Assembly (NCBI RefSeq): GCF_963676685.1
Contig: NC_092351.1
Span: 80,786,001 to 80,850,000, forward strand
Length of the DNA: 64,000 nucleotides
From: Mytilus edulis
Taxonomy: Eukaryota
Reading direction: 5' to 3'
In this document: piece after piece, positions 1 to 13,022 of the stretch
Numbering within the stretch: the stretch's first letter is position 1
How the letters are laid out: every line of letters starts with the position of its first letter
Program-made: the position numbers and the translations under genes
Notes under the pieces: generated by a model
What the model saw: the letters and a program-made list of their open reading frames with translations, nothing else
Told to the model about the DNA's origin: nothing
Databases searched by the model: none

Positions 1-495
1 GTCAAAAGATTTCAAGACGCCCTATGGGCTATTTAAAAAAAAATGATGCCTTTCCTTTAAACCTTTATCAGTCTCTTGTATGATACTATATCTGTAATGT
101 TTTTAGGTCAGATAATGTATTATGATTAGTTGGTCCTAACTACCAAAGATAATAGCAGTATGTGCTCTGTTTAAAAAATATTGTCCAAAATTGTACCTCA
201 AAATGTCAGGAGTGTAACGCTTTTAGTGTGACATTTAGAAGAAAGCATGTGCATTCATTGATGATATAGAATAAATAAGGGCAGATACAATACCAAACAA
301 TATCTTTCATCCAACTATTATATCTTTGACTATGATTTCTTGTTCAATTCTTCCATATATTTACATTTTTATGAGCCTCATAAGGTAAGTCAAATAAGTT
401 TGTGTAAAAAAAAAAATGTTAGTAAAAGTCAATATGCTGCCAGAAAATGTCTTTGTAGGTGAAATAACATGTTTCTGTACATCTTGCACAGTTTA

Positions 496-642
496 TTTTT
501 TAGCTCACCTGGCCCGAAGGGCCAAGTGAGCTTTTCCCATCACTTTGCGTCCGTCGTCCGTCGTCGTTAACTTTTACAAAAATCTTTTCCTCTGCAACTA
601 CTGGGCCAAATTAAACCAAACCTGGCCACAATCATTATTAGT
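496..642 (+). mobile_element. 5' fragment of a non-autonomous Helentron/DINE-like element, truncated at the KolobokP array
   Basis: T-run followed by the inverted repeat AGCTCACCTGGCCC-GAA-GGGCCAAGTGAGCT and a (CGTC/GTC)n microsatellite, the usual 5' module of these bivalve elements. Confidence 0.55.
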
Positions 643-1061
643 AAAGTAAAGATAAGGTGTATGTTTTTGTTATAGGGATAGTTTTTTGAAGCTTGTATGA
701 CAACTTTTTATGCATTTTATGGTATAGTACATAAAGAAGACAAAAATTCTACAAAATAAACAGATTGTAGTAAAACTAACCATGATTCAAATAGCTATTA
801 CACAAAGGCACAAGAAAAACACAAATATATAATGAGTTTATTAAGTAGACAAAAAAAATAATAATTTGAATAAAAAAAAAAAAATAGTGAACAGGAAAAA
901 AACACATCTTGCCGCAAACAGGGTATAGTTACTAGAAGTACTATAAAAATACAATAATGAAAAATCTACCATTGTAACTTATTATTTTCTATTACTTACA
1001 TAAATAACAACAAGAATATAAGAATATTTTGATACTAAAAGGGGTTTGAAAGTACAGTATA

Positions 1062-1520
1062 GGTTGCACTTTGTAAATCACGTGTGATTTGCAAGTCACG
1101 CCTCTTTTGGGGAGATATTGAATGTGCATTAAATACTGCTACTGTTTACATAGTTGTTGCCATGGATGCAAAGTAATTCTTTTTTAAATAAGACTTGATT
1201 GGAGAATTAAATGGATATAAATAAAAATGTCTATTTATTTAACTTATTTTTCAGGAGGACTGGAAGACATTTGGGTGTTGAGTCAAATTTAATGGAAAAA
1301 TTCAGTGCGAACCTGCAATGTTTATAAATGGAGGGCAGTAAAACTTAAAAATATGCCGCACAGCTATATGTTTTTATTAGTGCAAAAAAAAGTAGTGCAT
1401 GTCTCCTTTCCAGGGAAATATAACATTCTCCTCAAAACTTCCTGAATGAAGAGTGACTGCATATGCTATTTAGGCAGTTCCTATGGAAAACTGCATTGCT
1501 GGTTTTACACAAGTGCAACC
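1062..1520. repeat. LTDR copy 1 (459 bp)
   Basis: Starts GGTTGCACTTTGTAAA and ends TTTACACAAGTGCAACC (TIR). Flanked by TATA on both sides. About 99% identical to 12565-13022. Confidence 0.9.
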
Positions 1521-1612
1521 TATATATAAGGTAAATAATGGGAATTCACCCCTCAGCCTCCATGGGATCCCAATTTCGGACCCCTTATGGGTTTTCATTT
1601 TACAGAAACAAC

Positions 1613-1962
1613 ATGGAATCATTTTGGAATGCATTGGCTTTAGCTTTGTCTAAGAAAAGTGAAAAAAATTATGGAAATTATGACTGTACAGTGTGGGTTG
1701 GAGCTTTGGAGCATGGGGTCTATGGGGGAAAAGTTATGAATTGGCCTGATGGCACTAGAACTCTTGAAAGAGCTCACAGATTATCTTATATGCTAGATAA
1801 AAGAATATTAAAAGAAAATCTTCCCCGTTTCTCTGCCATAACCCCAAATGTATTAAACCGGAGCACCTGATTTTAGAGTCGCACAGTATAAACATAGAGA
1901 GAATTTTCTGTAGACGGACAAAACAGTGTACAAATAATCATTTACCGTGTTGTCTTATCTGA
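1613..1962 (+). pseudogene. His-Me finger (His-Cys box-like) endonuclease, copy 1, 34-bp deletion
   Basis: ATG follows the acceptor ttttacag. RAHRLSY is present. The deletion removes most of the DISHLC segment relative to copies 2 and 3. Confidence 0.8.
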
Positions 1963-1996
1963 TGCAGGTAATTTATTTATTTTTAACATGTCTTGA

Positions 1997-4393
1997 TCAG
2001 AGTTTTTTGGCAAACGAATACTCTTGAGGCTGTTTTGCGGCCAGCCGTTTTGTCGGTAAAAGTTTGTTTTTCTCATAGTCTTTTTCCTCTTGATACTCAT
2101 CATAAATTTTATATAGTTCATGCTTTTTTGAGCATCTCTGATCTGTGTACTGCTTTGACTGCTTATATAATTTATGTTTTTCATTGTGTTGTTGAATATT
2201 TTTCAGACCTCGGGCAGCACGACTTCTTGGTTCGATGGGAACCCCAGCCGCTTTACAGAGTTTAACGATGGATTCTCCAGGGCCATTATTTACATTGTGT
2301 ATAGCTGTATGTACCCTTCCTTTATAGTTTCTGGTAAATGTTACATTGCTAGGTACAGTTGCACGTATTGCACGGTTAGTTGCTTCAGCTTTTTGTGTGT
2401 TAGTGTTTTGGCATGTACGGTTTAGCATGGTAGGTCCAAGGCGATATTTTACACATTCACGTAACAATGCTGCTGTGTTCTCTGATTTATTTAATTTAAA
2501 GTTATTTTTCAGATAAGCTGATTTTTCAGTCCATGTCTTCAAACTGTTCCTATTTGAACAAACAAGGGAATATTTTGTACACCCGTTATGATCACCCTGA
2601 TAGCAAGAAACTATAGCATGACATACATATGATAGGTGAACTTTTACCCGTACAGAGTCCATATTGAATTTATCAAAGGCAGCATTGTACTCTGCCTGAC
2701 AACGTGCTGCCATATCTAATGCAAACCTTTTTAGCATTTTATCTTTCTCTGAAACTAATCGTGCCGGCATTATTTCCTTCAGACCTGACATTTTTTTAAT
2801 AAAATTTCTATGATTTGCGGACACATGTCTTGTATCTAGAAAATGAATTGGCTGAGTATTGGTTGTACCAGCTTTAAAAAGAGACTCTGCAGCTCTAAAT
2901 GCACTGCTGTCAGGGTCAGTGGTAATTTCTTGAACTTCCAGACCATCATTTTTCAGGTCTAACAAGCAGTCTTTAGCCCATCGCTCCTCACTGCCTATGC
3001 TGTCATGCATTTCAATGTTTGCGGAACAGTGACCTTTGTGAGATTTAACTTTTGTTTTTGTTTTATGTTCACTCTTATTTGAGCAAAGCTTAGACACTTG
3101 TCTTGTGCTTACAATACTGTGCTTATAAGTATTATTTTCTAACATGTTATATGTACATTGGGTAGCTGGTTGAAATGGTGTTTTACCCATTCCGGAATAA
3201 ATAGGGTTATTATACATTCCGTCGGCCTGAATGTTAATAATATTAGGATTATCACCTCTTAATATGTTTATTTCCTTAATTAATTTTCTTTTCTGAACCA
3301 AATCCTTTTGATTGTACTCTTCTATAATTTCAGAAACAACATTAGCACTGTGTTGCATACTTGAAGTGGAAGGAGCTGGTATATTAGAACCAAGAAATAA
3401 TTTCTGTAGACCAGTTGTGCTGATAGCTATGTGATTAAGTGCGACTTGTATGGATAGATTAATAGCTGCTGTTCGACGACCACGTTTCTTAGCGATCACC
3501 TCATTGTAAAGGTTGAACATTTTTGAATGGTAAGAATACTCATTGCAGCTTGCCTTTTCCCTCCAGGCAGCCCCTCTTTGCTGCTCTGCACTTAAATCCC
3601 ATGATATGAACCCTGTACACATAGGGGATATTTGTCTGTGTTCTATGAAAAACTCATTCCACATCTGTTCAAGTTCATTGATCCGAAGGAGTCGAAAACT
3701 ATTTTTCTCTGACCTGAAGTTGAAAAATGTTGCCAAAATTGAAGTGAATTAGTTTTTTATTTGTTAAACTAAGTTTGGAAAATGTGAAAATAATTCTATT
3801 TTGAATTACCTCCCTTACAATAGTGTTTTCTTTAAATAAGCTTTTTGATCAAATGTACTCTCAAAAGTGCATATTTTTTTCTTTGCCTGTGTTTTTATAT
3901 ATATATATAAAAACCATGCACTATTTAGCTCTTGAAAATATATATAGGACTAGAAATTTTAAAATAAGTATAATCCTAGCTTGCATTTTCTTCAGATGTC
4001 ACATTTAAAGAATTGGCATATAAGACACATGCCTTTTTCTTCATAGTTGTTTATAAATGGCTTTTTTAAGCAAGTTTAATTATTTTTGAAAGCTTAATAA
4101 CAAAAAAAGTATTCTCACCCTGTTTTTGTTTCATTTTTGGCACATTTTTCAACTTCTGTTTTTGTCGTAGGCTTTGGCCTTAGAAAGCGAGCTGACTTTG
4201 TAGAGGCAGGAATTAGTTGAACATTCTTTTTATGAACAGATTTAGTCACTAAGTCATACAAGTCTTTTGGTAGTCTCACAAATTTGCCTTTTTCAACAGG
4301 TAAAGTCTTATTTCTGTATTTTTTCCCCTTATTATATGGCATGTTTCCTTTCTGAAATGTGTATTTCCTTAGACGCCATGGGATTAGACCCAT
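1997..4393 (-). CDS. Kolobok/Mutator-like DDE transposase, copy 1; exons 4393-4119 and 3713-1997, ~663 aa
   Basis: Donor GG|GTGAG and acceptor ttcaacttcAG|G join in phase (KTG-SEKNSF). Motifs QADG, TTDPD, DTRH and QKAEATN. A CGA>TGA change removes only the last 8 aa. Confidence 0.8.
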
Positions 4394-5181
4394 TGTTATT
4401 GTAAGAATTGTTTGAAATGCACTTTATTCCAGTATTTTAATATTTAAACATCAAATATAGGACCTTACAACTAAACAATCATGAATGACTAAGTTTTTTG
4501 TTTATATCTGATGGAACTGAAGGTGACCCCAGATGTAAGATTTTTTATATAAATCATATAAAAATCATCATGATGGCTAATCTCATTATTTTGTAATTTG
4601 ACAAGTTCATATAATTTGACCTCTCTTCATTTTTTTTTTATCAGTGCTGACAGGCTTGTGTGCTATAACATAAACAGAAAGTAAAGATAAGGTGTATGTT
4701 TTTGTTATAGGGATAGTTTTTTGAAGCTTGTATGACAACTTTTTATGCATTTTATGGTATAGTACATAAAGAAGACAACAATTCTACAAAATAAACAGAT
4801 TGTAGTAAAACTAACCATGATTCAAATAGCTATTACACAAAGGTACAAGAAAAACACAAATATATAATGAGTTTATTAAGAAGACAAAAAAAATAATAAT
4901 TTCAATTAAAAAAAAAAAAATAGTGAACAGGAAAAAAACACATCTTGCCGCAAACAGAGTATAGTTACTAGAAGTACTATAAAAATACAATAATGAAAAA
5001 ACTACCATTGTAACTTATTATTTTCTATTACTTACATAAATATCAACAAGAATATAAGAATATTTTGATACTAAAAGGGGTTTGAAAGTACAGTATAAGG
5101 TAAATAATGGGAATTCACCCCTCAGCCTCCATGGGATCCCAATTTCGGACCCCTTTTGGGTTTTCATTTTACAGAAACAAC

Positions 5182-5564
5182 ATGGAATCATTTTGGAATG
5201 CATTGGCTTTAGCTTTGTCTAAGAAAAGTGAAAAAAATTATGGAAATTATGACTGTACAGTGTGGGTTGGAGCTTTGGAGCATGGGGTCTATGGGAAAAA
5301 GTTATAAATTGGCCTGATGGCACTAGAACTCTTGAAAGAGCTCACAGATTATCTTATATGCTAGATAAAAGAATATTAAAAGAAAATCTTCCCCGTTTCT
5401 CTCCAAACGGTGATCTTTTAGATATTTCACACCTTTGCCATAACCCCAAATGTATTAAACCGGAGCACCTGATTTTAGAGTCGCACAGTATAAACATAGA
5501 GAGAATTTTCTGTAGACGGACAAAACAGTGTACAAATAATCATTTACCGTGTTGTCTTATCTGA
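5182..5564 (+). pseudogene. His-Me finger endonuclease, copy 2 (1-bp frameshift in an A-run)
   Basis: RAHRLSY..DISHLCHNPKCIKPEHL..ESHSINIERIFC..C..H.PCC. The consensus is 127 aa. Confidence 0.85.
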
Positions 5565-5574
5565 TGCAGGTAAT

Positions 5575-7996
5575 TTATTTATTTTTAACATGTCTTGATC
5601 GGAGTTTTTTGGCAAACGAATACTCTTGAGGCTGTTTTGAGGCCAGCCGTTTTGTCGGTAAAAGTTTGTTTTTCTCATAGTCTTTTTCCTCTTGATACTC
5701 ATCATAAATTTTATATAGTTCATGCTTTTTTGAGCATCTCTGATCTGTGTACTGCTTTGACTGCTTATATAATTTATGTTTTTCATTGTGTTGTTGAATA
5801 TTTTCAGACCTCGGCAGCACGACTTCCTGGTTCGAAGGGAACCCCAGCCGCTTTACAGAGTTTAACGATGGATTCTCCAGGGCCATTATTTACATTGTGT
5901 ATAGCTGTATGTACCCTTCCTTTATAGTTTCTGGTAAATGTTACATTGCTAGGTACAGTTGCACGTATTGCACGGTTAGTTGCTTCAGCTTTTTGTGTGT
6001 TAGTGTTTTTGCATGTACGGTTTAGCATTGTAGGTCCAAGGCGATATTTTACGCATTCACGTAACAATGCTGCTGTGTTCTCTGATTTATTTAATTTAAA
6101 GTTATTTTTCAGATAAGCTGATTTTTCAGTCCATGTCTTCAAACTGTTCCTATTTGAACAAACAAGGGAATATTTTGTACACCCGTTATGATCACCCTGA
6201 TAGCAAGAAACTATAGCATGACATACATATGATAGGTGAACTTTTACCCGTACAGAGTCCATATTGAATTTATCAAAGGCAGCATTGTACTCTGCCTGAC
6301 AACGTGCTGCCATATCTAATGCAAACCTTTTTAGCATTTTATCTTTCTCTGAAACTAATCGTGCCGGCATTATTTCCTTCAGACCTGACATTTTTTTAAT
6401 AAAATTTCTATGATTTGCGGACACATGTCTTGTATCTAGAAAATGAATTGGCTGAGTATTGGTTGTACCAGCTTTAAAAAGAGACTCTGCAGCTCTAAAT
6501 GCACTGCTGTCAGGGTCAGTGGTAATTTCTTGAACTTCCAGACCATCATTTTTCAGGTCTAACAAGCAGTCTTTAGCCCATCGCTCCTCACTGCCTATGC
6601 TGTCATGCATTTCAATGTTTGCGGAACAGTGACCTTTGTGAGATTTAACTTTTGTTTTTGTTTTATGTTCACTCTTATTTGAGCAAAGCTTAGACACTTG
6701 TCTTGTGCTTACAATACTGTGCTTATAAGTATTATTTTCTAACATGTTATATGTACATTGGGTAGCTGGTTGAAATGGTGTTTTACCCATTCCGGAATAA
6801 ATAGGGTTATTATACATTCCGTCGGCCTGAATGTTAATAATATTAGGATTATCACCTCTTAATATGTTTATTTCCTTAATTAATTTTCTTTTCTGAACCA
6901 AATCCTTTTGATTGTACTCTTCTATAATTTCAGAAACAACATTAGCACTGTGTTGCATACTTGAAGTGGAAGGAGCTTGTATATTAGAACCAAGAAATAA
7001 TTTCTGTAGACCAGTTGTGCTGATAGCTATGTGATTAAGTGCGACTTGTATGGATAGATTAATAGCTGCTGTTCGACGACCACGTTTCTTAGCGATCACC
7101 TCATTGTAAAGGTTGAACATTTTTGAATGGTAAGAACACTCATTGCAGCTTGCCTTTTCCCTCCAGGCAGCTCCTCTTTGCTGCTCTGCACTTAAATCCC
7201 ATGATATGAACCCTGTATACATAGGGGATATTTGTCTGTGTTCTATGAAAACCTCATTCCTCATCTGTTCAAGTTCATTGATCCGAAGGAGTCGAAAACT
7301 ATTTTTCTCTGACCTGAAGTTGAAAAATGTTGCCAAAATTGAAGTGAATTAGTTTTTTATTTGTTAAACTAAGTTTGGAAAATGTGAAAATAATTCTATT
7401 TTGAATTACCTCCCTTACAATAGTGTTTTCTTTAAATAAGCTTTTTGATCAAATGTACTCTCAAAAGTGCATATTTTTTTCTTTGCCTGTGTTTTTATAT
7501 ATATTATATATAAAAACCATGCACTATTTAGCTCTTGAAAATATATATAGGACTAGAAATTTTAAAATAAGTATAATCCTAGCTTGCATTTTCTTCAGAT
7601 GTCACATTTAAAGAATTGGCATATAAGACACATGCCTTTTTCTTCATAGTTGTTTATAAATGGCTTTTTTAAGCAAGTTTAATTATTTTTGAAAGCTTAA
7701 TAACAAAAAAAGTATTCTTACCCTGTTTTTGTTTCATTTTCGGCACATTTTTCAACTTCTGTTTTTGTCGTAGGCTTCGGCCTTAGAAAGCGAGCTGACT
7801 TTGTAGAGGCAGGAATAAGTTGAGCATTCTTTTTATGAACAGATTTAGTCACTAAGTCATACAAGTCTTTTGGTAGTCTCACAAATTTGCCTTTTTCAGC
7901 AGGTAAAGTCTTATTTCTGTATTTTTTCCCCTTATTATATGGCTTGTTTCCTTTCTGAAATGTGTATTTCCTTAGACGCCATGGGATTAGACCCAT
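5575..7996 (-). pseudogene. DDE transposase, copy 2 (exons 7996-7722 and 7313-5575; frameshift near 5810)
   Basis: The 510-aa ORF and an overlapping C-terminal ORF reproduce copy 1. Donor GG|GTAAG. Confidence 0.8.
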
Positions 7997-8789
7997 TGTT
8001 ATTGTAAGAATTGTTTGAAATGCACTTTGTTCCAGTACTTTAATATTTAAACATCAAATATAGGACCTTACAACTAAACAATCATGAATGACTAAGTTTT
8101 TTGTTTATATCTGATGGAACTGAAGGTGACCCCAGATGTTAGATTTTTTATATAAATCATATAAAAATCATCATGATGGCTAATCTCATTATTTTGTAAT
8201 TTGACAAGTTCATATAATTTGACCTCTCTTCATTTAATTTTTTTATCAGTGCTGACAGGCTTGTGTGCTATAACATAAACAGAAAGTAAAGATAAGGTGT
8301 ATGTTTTTGTTATAGGGATAGTTTTTTGAAGCTTGTATGACAACTTTTATGCATTTTATGGTATAGTACATAAAGAAGACAAAAATTCTACAAAATAAAC
8401 AGATTGTAGTAAAACTAACCATGATTCAAATAGCTATTACACAAAGGCACAAGAAAAACACAAATATATAATGAGTTTATTAAGAAGACAAAAAAAATAA
8501 TAATTTGAATAAAAAAAAAAATAATAATGAACAGGAAAAAAACACATGTTGCCGCAAACAGGGTATTATGAGTTACTAGAAGTACTATAAAAATACAATA
8601 ATGAAAAAACTACCATTGTAACTTATTATTTTCTATTACTTACATAAATAACAACAAGAATATAAGAATATTTTGATACTAAAAGGGGTTTGAAAGTACA
8701 GTATAAGGTAAATAATGGGAATTCACCCCTCAGCCTCCATGGGATCCCAATTTCGGACCCCTTTTGGGTTTTCATTTTACAGAAACAAC

Positions 8790-9171
8790 ATGGAATCATT
8801 TTGGAATGCATTGGCTTTAGCTTTGTCTAAGAAAAGTGAAAAAAATTATGGAAATTATGACTACAGTGTGGGTTGGAGCTTTGGAGCATGGGGTCTATGG
8901 GAAAAAAGTTATGAATTGGCCTGATGGCACTAGAACTCTTGAAAGAGCTCACAGATTATCTTATATGCTAGATAAAAGAATATTAAAAGAAAATCAATCC
9001 CGTTTCTCTCCAAACGGTGACCTTTTAGATATTTCACACCTTTGCCATAACCCCAAATTTATTAAACCGGAGCACCTGATTTTAGAGTCGCACAGTATAA
9101 ACATAGAGAGAATTTTCTGTAGACGCACAAAACAGTGTACAAATAATCATTTACCGTGTTGTCTTATCTGA
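8790..9171 (+). pseudogene. His-Me finger endonuclease, copy 3 (2-bp deletion and Cys>Phe)
   Basis: GACTACAG versus GACTGTACAG in other copies; HNPKF versus HNPKC. Confidence 0.8.
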
Positions 9172-9181
9172 TGCAGGTAAT

Positions 9182-11608
9182 TTATTTATTTTTAACATGT
9201 CTTGATCGGAGTTTTTTGGCAAACGAATACTCTTGAGGCTGTTTTGCGGCCAGCCGTTTTGTCGGTAAAAGTTTGTTTTTCTCATAGTCTTTTTCCTCTT
9301 GATACTCATCATAAATTTTATATAGTTCATGCTTTTTTGAGCATCTCTGATCTGTGTACTGCTTTGACTGCTTATATAATTTATGTTTTTCATTGTGTTG
9401 TTGAATATTTTTCAGACCTCGGGCAGCACGACTTCCTGGTTCGATGAGAACCCCAGCCGCTTTACAGAGTTTAACGATGGATTCTCCAGGGCCATTATTT
9501 ACATTGTGTATAGCTGTATGTACCCTTCCTTTATAGTTTCTGGTAAATGTTACATTGCTAGGTACAGTTGCACGTATTGCACGGTTAGTTGCTTCAGCTT
9601 TTTGTGTGTTAGTGTTTTTGCATGTACGGTTTAGCATGGTAGGTCCAAGGCGATATTTTACGCATTCACGTAACAATGCTGCTGTGTTCTCTGATTTATT
9701 TAATTTAAAGGTATTTTTCAGATAAGCTGATTTTTCAGTCCATGTCTTCAAACTGTTCCTATTTGAACAAACAAGGGAATATTTTGTACACCCGTTATGA
9801 TCACCCTGATAGCAAGAAACTATAGCATGACATACATATGATAGGTGAACTTTTACCCGTACAGAGTCCATATTGAATTTATCAAAGGCAGCATTGTACT
9901 CTGCCTGACAACGTGCCGCCATATCTAATGCAAACCTTTTTAGCATTTTATCTTTCTCTGAAACTAATCGTGCCGGCATTATTTCCTTCAGACCTGACAT
10001 TTTTTTAATAAAATTTCTATGATTTGCGGACACATGTCTTGTATCTAGAAAATGAATTGGCTGAGTATTGGTTGTAACAGCTTTAAAAAGAGACTCTGCA
10101 GCTCTAAATGCACTGCTGTCAGGGTCAGTGGTAATTTCTTGAACTTCAAGACCATCATTTTTCAGGTCTAACAAGCAGTCTTTAGCCCATCGCTCCTCAC
10201 TGCCTATGCTGTCATGCATTTCAATGTTTGCGGAACAGTGACCTTTGTGAGATTTAACTTTTGTTTTTGTTTTATGTTCACTCTTATTTGAGCAAAGCTT
10301 AGACACTTGTCTTGTGCTTACAATACTGTGCTTATAAGTATTATTTTCTAACATGTTATATGTACATTGGGTAGCTGGTTGAAATGGTGTTTTACCCATT
10401 CCGGATTAAATAGGGTTATTATACATTCCGTCGGCCTGAATGTTAATAATATTAGGATTATCACCTCTTAATATGTTTATTTCCTTAATTAATTTTCTTT
10501 TCTGAACCAAATCCTTTTGATTGTACTCTTCCATAATTTCAGAAACAACATTAGCACTGTGTTGCATACTTGAAGTGGAAGGAGCTGGTATATTAGAACC
10601 AAGAAATAATTTCTGTAGACCAGTTGTGCTGATAGCTATGTGATTAAGTGCGACTTGTATGGATAGATTAATAGCTGCTGTTCGACAACCACGTTTCTTA
10701 GCGATCACCTCATTGTAAAGGTTGAACATTTTTGAATGGTAAGAACACTCATTGCAGCTTGCCTTTTCCCTCCAGGCAGCCCCTCTTTGCTGCTCTGCAC
10801 TTAAATCCCATGATATGAACCCTGTACACATAGGGGATATTTGTCTGTGTTCTATGAAAACCTCATTCCACATCTGTTCAAGTTCATTGATCCGAAGGAG
10901 TCGAAAACTATTTTTCTCTGATCTGAAGTTGAAAAATGTTGCCAAAATTGAAGTGAATTAGTTTTTTATTTGTTAAACTAAGTTTGGAAAATGTGAAAAT
11001 AATTCTATTTTGAATTACCTCCCTTACAATAGTGTTTTCTTTAAATAAGCTTTTTGATCCAATGTACTCTCAAAAGTGCATATTTTTTGCTTTGCCTGTG
11101 TTTTTATATATATATTATATATAAAAACCACGCACTATTTAGCTCTTGAAAATATATATAGGACTAGAAATTTTAAAATAAGTATAACCCTAGCTTGCAT
11201 TTTCTTCAGATGTCACATTTAAAGAATTGGCATATAAGACACATGCCTTTTTCTTCATAGTTGTTTATAAATGGCTTTTTTTAAGCAAGTTTAATTATTT
11301 TTGAAAGCTTAATAACAAAAAAAGTATTCTTACCCTGTTTTTGTTTCATTTTCGGCACATTTTTCAACTTCTGTTTTTGTCGTAGGCTTCTGCCTTAGAA
11401 AGCGAGCTGACTTTGTAGAGGCAGGAATTAGTTGAACATTCTTTTTATGAACAGATTTAGTCACTAAGTCATACAAGTCTTTTGGTAGTCTCACAAATTT
11501 GCCTTTTTCAGCAGGTAAAGTCTTATTTCTGTATTTTTTCCCCTTATTATATGGCATGTTTCCTTTCTGAAATGTGTATTTCCTTAGACGCCATGGGATT
11601 AGACCCAT
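9182..11608 (-). pseudogene. DDE transposase, copy 3 (exons 11608-11334 and 10922-9182; nonsense codon at 10406-10408)
   Basis: TAT>TAA splits the ORF into 179-aa and 405-aa parts. The C-terminus is full length (RSRHVKNK). Confidence 0.8.
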
Positions 11609-12313
11609 TGTTATTGTAAGAATTGTTTGAAATGCACTTTATTCCAGTATTTTAATATTTAAACATCAAATATAGGACCTTACAACTAAACAATCATGAA
11701 TGACTAAGTTTTTTGTTTATATCTGATTGAACTGAAGGTGACCCCAGATGTAAGATTTTTTATGTAAATCATATAAAAATCATCATGATGGCTAATCTCC
11801 TTATTTTGTAATTTGACAAGTTCATATAATTTGACCTCTCTTCATTTAATTTTTTTATCAGTGTTGACAGGCTTGTGTGCTATAACATAAACAGAAAGTA
11901 AAGATAAGGTGTATGTTTTTGTTATAGGGATAGTTTTTTGAAGCTTGTATGACAACTTTTTATGCATTTTATGGTATAGTACATAAAGAAGACAAAAATT
12001 CTACAAAATAAACAGATTGTAGTAAAACTAACCATGATTCAAATAGCTATTACACAAAGGCACAAGAAAAACACAAATATATAATGAGTTTATTAAGTAG
12101 ACAAAAAAAATAATAATTTGAATAAAAAAAAAAAAATAGTGAACAGGAAAAAAACACATCTTGCCGCAAACAGGGTATAGTTACTAGAAGTACTATAAAA
12201 ATACAATAATGAAAAAACTACCATTGTAACTTATTATTTTCTATTACTTACAAAAATAACAACAAGAATATAAGAATATTTTGATACTAAAAGGGGTTTG
12301 AAAGTACAGTATA

Positions 12314-12564
12314 AGGTAAATAATGGGAATTCACCCCTCAGCCTCCATGGGATCCCAATTTCGGACCCCTTTTGGGTTTTCATTTTACAGAAACAACATG
12401 GAATCATTTTGGAATGCATTGGCTTTAGCTTTGTCTAAGAAAAGTGAAAAAAATTATGGAAATTATGACTGTGCAGTGTGGGTTGGAGTTTTGGAGCATG
12501 GGGTCTATGGGAAAAAAGTTATGAATTGGCCTGATGGCACTAGAACTCTTGAAAGTACAGTATA
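12314..12564 (+). pseudogene. Internally deleted fourth unit (5' part of the His-Me gene only)
   Basis: Sequence jumps at the microhomology TTGAAAG from the nuclease ORF to the last bases of the internal region. Confidence 0.85.
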
Positions 12565-13022
12565 GGTTGCACTTTGTAAATCACGTGTGATTTGCAAGTT
12601 ACGCCTCTTTTGGGGAGAAATTGAATGTGCATTAAATACTGCTACTGTTTACATAGTTGTTGCCATGGATGCAAAGTAATTCTTTTTTAAATAAGACTTG
12701 ATTGGAGAATTAAATGGATATAAATAAAAATGTCTATTTATTTAACTTATTTTTCAGGAGGACTGGAAGACATTTGGGTGTTGAGTCAAATTTAATGGAA
12801 AAATTCAGTGCGAACCTGCAATGTTTATAAATGGAGGGCAGTAAAACTTGAAAATATGCCGCACAGCTATATGTTTTTATTAGTGCAAAAAAAAGTAGTG
12901 CATGTCTCCTTTCCAGGGAAATATAACATTCTCCTCAAAACTTCCTGAATGAAGAGTGACTGCATATGCAATTTAGGCAGTTCCTATGGAAAACTGCATT
13001 GCTGGTTTTACACAAGTGCAAC
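12565..13022. repeat. LTDR copy 2, right terminus followed by TTAA
   Basis: Direct repeat of 1062-1520 with about 5 differences. Ends GTGCAAC|TTAA. Confidence 0.9.

Noticed and set aside
1062-1520. An ordinary independent MITE inserted into unit 1
   Set aside because: A second copy closes the array with the same inner flank and an outer TTAA. Size, TIRs and gene content fit an LTDR of the element itself.
1538-1612. N-terminal extension MGIHPSAS... of the nuclease ORF
   Set aside because: Lies between a good donor and acceptor, so it is probably intron; the real start is probably ATG 1613
1942-11000. Repeated small ORFs of 61-110 aa overlapping the transposase
   Set aside because: Antisense or alternate-frame shadows, repeated only because the unit is repeated
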